A DNA stretch of 64,000 nucleotides, from NCBI GenBank assembly GCA_963793265.1, contig CAWBZI010000001.1, forward strand, positions 640,001 through 704,000, written 5' to 3'. The position numbers were made by a program, and so were the translations under genes. This DNA is from an uncultured cyanobacterium (lineage in GTDB: Bacteria > Cyanobacteriota > Cyanobacteriia > Phormidesmidales > Phormidesmidaceae). Each line of letters opens with the position of its first letter. Position 1 is the stretch's first letter. This document shows positions 63,695 to 64,000 of the stretch, piece after piece. Below the pieces are notes generated by a model. It searched no databases. It worked only from the letters and a program-made list of their open reading frames with translations, and was not told where the DNA came from.

Positions 63695-64000
63695 ATGTCT
63701 CAAGATGTGGCTCAGTGGCTTGCTGAGGTGCAGTCGCTTCAGCGAAAGGTAGCTGAGCTTCAGCAGGAACGCGATCGCGCCTATGCTAGTGCGGACAACC
63801 TACGCAAGCTGTACGAATCAGAGGCGACGCAGCGGCAGCGGGATACTGCCTCGGCGCAGCGAAGGGTGGAGATGTTGGAGAGAGCGGTTGCAGAATTGCG
63901 ATCGCCTCAAGATGAGGGTGATGGCAAGCTAGGGATAGAAATCGCCCGAATCAAAGGCAATTATTCAGTGGAGCAGCTACAGACTCAGCTCGTCGCTGCT
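63695..64000 (+). CDS. Coiled-coil hypothetical protein (partial, runs off the window)
   Basis: GAGGAG SD; MSQDVAQWLAEVQSLQRKVAELQQERDRAYASADNLRKLYESEA... Confidence 0.7.
   Translation, partial: MSQDVAQWLAEVQSLQRKVAELQQERDRAYASADNLRKLYESEATQRQRDTASAQRRVEMLERAVAELRSPQDEGDGKLGIEIARIKGNYSVEQLQTQLVAA

Larger units (their letters stand above)
690..63906. repeat. HIP1 octamer GCGATCGC, dispersed (about 80 copies by eye)
   Basis: Examples at 690, 1283, 2942, 6476, 7360, 12514, 34942, 40332, 41723, 42425 and 59220; about one copy expected by chance. Confidence 0.95.

Overview
Core-genome segment of a cyanobacterium, shown by petB/petD, ctpA, vipp1, CRR7, ycf20/23/37-like genes and roughly 80 HIP1 GCGATCGC octamers counted by eye. 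It is mostly housekeeping: cobJ, secA, tldD/tldE, cysC, codA, gshB, uvrC, sir, menG, pyrE, rpmI-rplT, eda, gmd, petBD, ctpA and one tRNA with anticodon CAT. Accessory elements are a HIP1-free 1.5-kb toxin-antitoxin/Abi islet after secA (BrnA-HigA chimera, BrnT remnant, frameshifted Abi-alpha-like gene, orphan antitoxin-like gene), a 160-bp MITE-like element, and a probable 45-bp in-frame insertion at a HIP1 site. The most striking pattern is a repeated switch from G/T-rich to C/A-rich sequence centred on HIP1 sites, which suggests a HIP1-anchored, strand-asymmetric repair or mutation process; this was seen by eye and not computed. Single-base frameshifts in sir and ctpA are probably sequencing errors. 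No CRISPR array, rRNA or prophage was seen. Product calls come from motif recognition only; no database searches were run.
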